From: an uncultured Bacteroidales bacterium
GTDB lineage: Bacteria; Bacillota_I; Bacilli_A; ML615J-28; CAG-698
NCBI GenBank assembly: GCA_964646985.1
Contig: CAZYFI010000002.1
Coordinates: forward strand, 1 to 46,703
Reading direction: 5' to 3'
DNA: 46,703 nt
The notes beneath the pieces were generated by a model that saw only the letters and a program-made list of their open reading frames with translations, made no database searches and had not been told where the DNA came from. The translations under genes and the position numbers were made by a program. Shown here piece by piece: positions 43,289 to 46,703 of the stretch (the first letter of the stretch is position 1; each line of letters opens with the position of its first letter).

Positions 43289-44464
43289 TCATTGTTTCTC
43301 ATCTAGATATTGCTTGATTGATTCTGCATCTTTATCACCACGCCCGGATAAATTAACAATGATGATTTTATCTTTTGATAACGTCTTTGCCAGCTTCATG
43401 GCATAAGCGACGGCATGACTTGATTCGATGGCAGGAATAATGCCTTCGGTTTTCGAAAGTTCTAAAAAGGCTTCTACTGCTTCTTGGTCTGTTGCGCTAA
43501 CGTACTTTGCTCTTTGAGTGAATTGTAAATAGGCATGTTCGGGTCCAACGCCAGGATAATCTAATCCAGCAGAAATAGAATACACTGGAGCAATGTTTCC
43601 TTCCTCATTCAAAATCACTTTTGTATTCATTCCATGGATGATTCCTTCTTTTCCAAGCGTCAAGGTTGCTGCGTGTTCTTTCGTGTTTAATCCTTTCCCT
43701 GCCGCCTCAACACCAATGATTTTTACTTGTGGGTTATCTAAAAAATCAGCAAATAAACCAATCGAGTTCGATCCTCCACCAACGCAAGCAATCACATAAT
43801 CTGGAAGTCTATTTTCTTTTTCCATCATTTGCCGCTTGGCTTCTTCGCCAATGATTTTTTGAAAATAACGCACTATCGTTGGATACGGATGTGGGCCAAC
43901 AACACTTCCAATCAAATAAAAGGTATCTTGAATTCTTTCTACCCATTTGCTGATGGCAACATCAACAGCATCTGCCAATGTTTTGGTTCCTTGCGTTACG
44001 CCAGTCACTTTGGCTCCAAGCATTTGCATGCGAAACACATTTAATTGTTGACGATTCATATCAATCTCACCTTGAAACACTTCACATTCCATATGAAACA
44101 TGGCTGCAGCAGTAGCGGTTGCAACGCCGTGTTGTCCAGCTCCAGTTTCTGCAATCACCTTTGTTTTTTTCATTCTCTTGGCAAGTAATATTTGTCCAAT
44201 GGCGTTATTAATTTTATGCGATCCTGTATGATTTAAATCTTCTCTTTTTAAATAAATTTTAGCTCCACCACATTGTTCTGATAAATTTTTCGCATAATAA
44301 AGCGGCGAAGGACGCCCAACGTAATCTTTTAGATAATACATTAATTCTTCATGAAACAACGGATCTTTCATTGCTTCATGAAAAGCAGTTTCCAATTCTT
44401 CCAATGCATTTATGACTGCTTTTGGTACATATTGACCACCATATTTTCCATATTGAAATTTCAT
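43289..44464 (-). CDS. trpB: Tryptophan synthase beta chain (TrpB1-type), with no trpA in the window
   Basis: Collinear with B. subtilis TrpB ([20 protein letters not shown] with the PLP lysine, [23 protein letters not shown]). Confidence 0.9.
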   Translation of the reverse strand: MKFQYGKYGGQYVPKAVINALEELETAFHEAMKDPLFHEELMYYLKDYVGRPSPLYYAKNLSEQCGGAKIYLKREDLNHTGSHKINNAIGQILLAKRMKKTKVIAETGAGQHGVATATAAAMFHMECEVFQGEIDMNRQQLNVFRMQMLGAKVTGVTQGTKTLADAVDVAISKWVERIQDTFYLIGSVVGPHPYPTIVRYFQKIIGEEAKRQMMEKENRLPDYVIACVGGGSNSIGLFADFLDNPQVKIIGVEAAGKGLNTKEHAATLTLGKEGIIHGMNTKVILNEEGNIAPVYSISAGLDYPGVGPEHAYLQFTQRAKYVSATDQEAVEAFLELSKTEGIIPAIESSHAVAYAMKLAKTLSKDKIIIVNLSGRGDKDAESIKQYLDEKQ

Positions 44465-44548
44465 ATTTATACTTCCTTTCTATTATTTCATTTGTTTCTT
44501 TCAATCTATTTAACATTCAAGGCCCCATAAGAACACTTCCTTTCCAAT

Positions 44549-44797
44549 AAAAAAGTCCTCTGCAAAAAACTGCAGAGGACGTGTTTTACGTGGTGCCACC
44601 TCATATTTAGTCTAAAAAAAGACCCTCATCAAGTACAAACATACTTTAGCTTTTGGTAACGGAAGCTTCCGTGGCGCCCTACTTTACATTCAAACGCCCT
44701 CTCACAAACCCATTCAAAAATAATCATTTTATCAGTTCACACCAACCACTGACTCTCTGGAAAACAATTTACTTTTTACTTGCTTTTGCTCATCGAT
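44549..44797 (-). promoter_or_regulatory. T-box riboswitch leader, Trp specifier (UGG), controlling trpB
   Basis: On the minus strand: AGGTGGCACCACG (44589-44601), terminator gtcctctgc/gcagaggac (44555-44580) plus a U-run, a GATGAGCAAAAGCAAGTA stem-I element, and candidate specifier GAA-UGG-G at 44710-44712. Confidence 0.8.
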
Positions 44798-44804
44798 TTA
44801 TGAC

Positions 44805-44833
44805 ATTGTAATATACAATGTGAACCAAGTCAA
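44805..44833 (-). promoter_or_regulatory. SigA-type promoter of the trpB leader
   Basis: On the minus strand, TTGACT (44833-44828), a 17-nt spacer, then TACAAT (44810-44805). Confidence 0.55.
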
Positions 44834-44891
44834 TATATATTTTAATTTTTTATTGTTTTATGATATAATGAACAAAAAGTGAGGGAATACT

Positions 44892-45182
44892 ATGTATAAA
44901 TCAAAGTTTGCAAATGAAGACATCGAATCTTTGTATGATGCCATTTTAACTTTAGAAACCAAGGAAGAATGTTATCGATTCTTTGAGGATCTTTGCACGA
45001 TCAAAGAAATTTTTGACATGGCGCAACGACTGAACGTTGCTTTGTTGTTAAAAGAAAAAACTCCTTATCAAGAGATTGTGAAAAAAACAAATGCTTCTAC
45101 TGCAACTATCTCAAGAGTAAACAAATCATTATTGTATGGAGCAGAAGGATACCACCTTTACTTCAACAAAGCAAAAAAATAA
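44892..45182 (+). CDS. YerC/YecD-family (Trp-repressor-like fold) protein
   Basis: 96 aa. LYDAILTLETKEECYRFFEDLCT...ASTATISRVNKSL is collinear with B. subtilis YerC. Confidence 0.8.
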   Translation: MYKSKFANEDIESLYDAILTLETKEECYRFFEDLCTIKEIFDMAQRLNVALLLKEKTPYQEIVKKTNASTATISRVNKSLLYGAEGYHLYFNKAKK

Positions 45183-45197
45183 TTAATTTCACTACAT

Positions 45198-45220
45198 GCA
45201 CTTTAAAAAGTGCTTTTTTT
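45198..45220 (+). terminator. Terminator after the yerC-like gene
   Basis: gcactt-taaa-aagtgc followed by T7. Confidence 0.65.
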
Positions 45221-45297
45221 CTTCGAGAACGTTTTCTTTGCTTTATTGCTTTACTTTGCTAAAGCGTTAAAGTATAATGCTTTTCGAGGTGAAATTT

Positions 45298-46086
45298 ATG
45301 AAAAAATTATTTGTTTTATTTTTACTTAGTCTGTCTTTTGTTTTAACTAGCGGTTGTACCAACCAAACGCCAAACACATGGGATGCCATCAAAGAACGGG
45401 GTTTTATCATCGTTGGCTTAGATGATACGTTTGCTCCAATGGGGTTTCGCAACAATTCTGGCGAACTAATCGGTTTTGATGTCGATTTAGCAAAAGAAGT
45501 AGGAACACGCTTGGGTGTTGAAATTAAGTTTCAACCAATTGATTGGGATTCCAAGGTGTTAGAGTTAAACAGTGGAACAATTGATATGATTTGGAATGGC
45601 TTAACCATTACAGAAGCAAGGATGGAAGAAATGCTGTTTTCTGATCCTTATATTGCCAACACGCAAATGATTATGATTAAAAAAGATGCTTCTATTAATC
45701 TCATTTCTGATTTATCAGGCAAAAAAGTAGGCGTTCAAATCAGTAGCGCCGCCCAAGATGCCGTTAATGCAAATCCAATAGTAGATTCGCTCGAAACATT
45801 ATTAAAATATGATCCATATAATCAAGCACTGTTGGAACTAAAAAATGGTACCATTGACGCTGTTGTTATTGATGAAATAATGGGACGATATGTCATGAGT
45901 CAGTCAAGCAATGAATATGGCGTTGCACAAGAAAATTTTGCAACAGAAAACTATGGAATTGGCTTTCGTTTAGAATCTAACAGTATCAGAGATAAAATCA
46001 ATGAAACATTAATAGCAATGATTGCGGATGGGAAAGCTTCAGAAATCTCCATAAAATGGTTTGATGAAGATATCATTCTAAAGTGA
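45298..46086 (+). CDS. Amino-acid ABC transporter substrate-binding lipoprotein (family 3 SBP)
   Basis: Lipobox LTSGC. GFDVDLAKEVG...IDMIWNGLTIT motifs of polar amino-acid binding proteins. Start is ATG 45298 behind GAGGTG. Confidence 0.85.
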   Translation: MKKLFVLFLLSLSFVLTSGCTNQTPNTWDAIKERGFIIVGLDDTFAPMGFRNNSGELIGFDVDLAKEVGTRLGVEIKFQPIDWDSKVLELNSGTIDMIWNGLTITEARMEEMLFSDPYIANTQMIMIKKDASINLISDLSGKKVGVQISSAAQDAVNANPIVDSLETLLKYDPYNQALLELKNGTIDAVVIDEIMGRYVMSQSSNEYGVAQENFATENYGIGFRLESNSIRDKINETLIAMIADGKASEISIKWFDEDIILK

Positions 46087-46703
46087 TCCCTTATTTATTA
46101 GAAATTCTTCAGTATCTGACAAAAGGTGCAATCATTTCGTTAAGTGTCTTTTTCGTTACGATTGCTTTTTCTTTTCCTTTTGGCATTTTACTATCTTTGG
46201 GATTGAGGAAAAACAAGTTTTTTAAAAAAATAATCAACATCTATACTTGGTTTTTTAGAGGAACGCCATTGATGCTACAATTATTCTTGTTTATGTATGG
46301 ATTGCCGGCAATTGGTATTTCGGTTGATAGAATGATGGTTGCTTTTATTGCCTTTACCATTAATTACAGCGCTTATTTTGTAGAAATCATCAGGGCAGGA
46401 ATGGAAAGCTTGCCGAAAGATCAATATGAAAGTGCCGAAGTTATGGGAGCTTCTTCTTTTCAAACCTATCGTTTTGTTATTTTGCCACAAGCTATTAGAA
46501 TCCAATTCCCGGTCATTGCCAACGAAATCATTACTTTAATCAAAGACACCGCTTTGGTGACTGTGATAGCAGTATCTGATTTGATGAGAAATGTAAAAGA
46601 AATCGTGTCTAGGGATTTTACGATTTCTCCTTTTATTGTCGCGTCTATGTTTTACTTACTAATTAGTTTTTTTATTGTAAAAATATTTAGACAATTAGAA
46701 AAG
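46083..46703 (+). CDS. Amino-acid ABC transporter permease (HisM/GlnP type), 3'-truncated by the window end. Not in the supplied ORF track.
   Basis: My translation from GTG 46083, which overlaps the SBP TGA (GTGA), is open for 207 codons to the window end: VIPYLLEILQYLTKGAIISL...FFRGTPLMLQLFLFMYGLP...QYESAEVMGASSFQTYRFVILPQAIR (EAA loop). Confidence 0.8.
   Translation, partial: MIPYLLEILQYLTKGAIISLSVFFVTIAFSFPFGILLSLGLRKNKFFKKIINIYTWFFRGTPLMLQLFLFMYGLPAIGISVDRMMVAFIAFTINYSAYFVEIIRAGMESLPKDQYESAEVMGASSFQTYRFVILPQAIRIQFPVIANEIITLIKDTALVTVIAVSDLMRNVKEIVSRDFTISPFIVASMFYLLISFFIVKIFRQLEK

Noticed and set aside
44465-44548. Spacer of about 85 nt between the trpB T-box terminator and the start codon, containing a 3-codon ATG-GGG-CCT-TGA mini-ORF
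   Set aside because: It is too short, has no SD, and there is no evidence of function. It is probably just leader sequence.
46281-46505. 74-aa minus-strand ORF
   Set aside because: It is antisense to the clearly homologous amino-acid permease frame.
1-46703. Scan for CRISPR arrays, IS elements or transposases, integrases, phage genes, toxin-antitoxin pairs, restriction or defence genes, and tRNA or rRNA genes
   Set aside because: None recognised. Every long ORF has a housekeeping, transport, carbohydrate or envelope assignment. Intergenic regions are short and are accounted for by promoters, T-boxes and terminators.

Overview
AT-rich, low-GC monoderm chromosome segment. The lineage looks Firmicutes / Acholeplasma- or Erysipelotrichia-like. 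The standard genetic code applies, because TGA is used as a stop in several ATGA gene overlaps. I saw no rRNA, tRNA, CRISPR array or mobile element. Almost everything is on the minus strand, and gene order partly mirrors the B. subtilis trpS-opp-spx-yjbK-yjbM-yjbN neighbourhood. Contents, left to right:
(1) nadK, relQ, a CYTH protein and spx.
(2) An oppABCDF-type peptide ABC transporter. Three subunits carry large extra modules: tandem Ig-like domains on OppA, an RCC1-like propeller of about 350 aa in the first external loop of OppC, and a coiled-coil insert of about 385 aa in the OppF ATPase.
(3) T-box-controlled trpS.
(4) A fructan-utilisation locus of about 15 kb. It encodes a LacI regulator, a fructokinase, a sugar ABC binding protein and two permeases but no ATPase. 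It also encodes three lipoprotein GH32 enzymes and a 915-aa non-catalytic lipoprotein built from four CBM-like modules.
(5) A surface-glycosylation cluster: Wzy_C-like protein, YfhO, GT2 and GtrA.
(6) T-box tyrS, a ccpA-like regulator and an M29 aminopeptidase.
(7) The rpsP-KH-rimM-trmD-rplS translation cluster. It is interrupted by a CzrA-like repressor with a Zn/Cd-type P1B ATPase, and by a rhodanese-like lipoprotein that lacks the catalytic Cys.
(8) An orphan trpB under a Trp T-box, a divergent YerC/TrpR-like gene, and the start of an amino-acid ABC transporter.
The best candidates for undescribed biology are the decorated Opp transporter (especially the OppC propeller), the multi-CBM fructan-capture lipoprotein together with the WMNEP-type GH32 paralogues, and the metal-efflux module wired into the rimM-trmD operon. 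All domain calls come from motifs read by eye. No searches were run.
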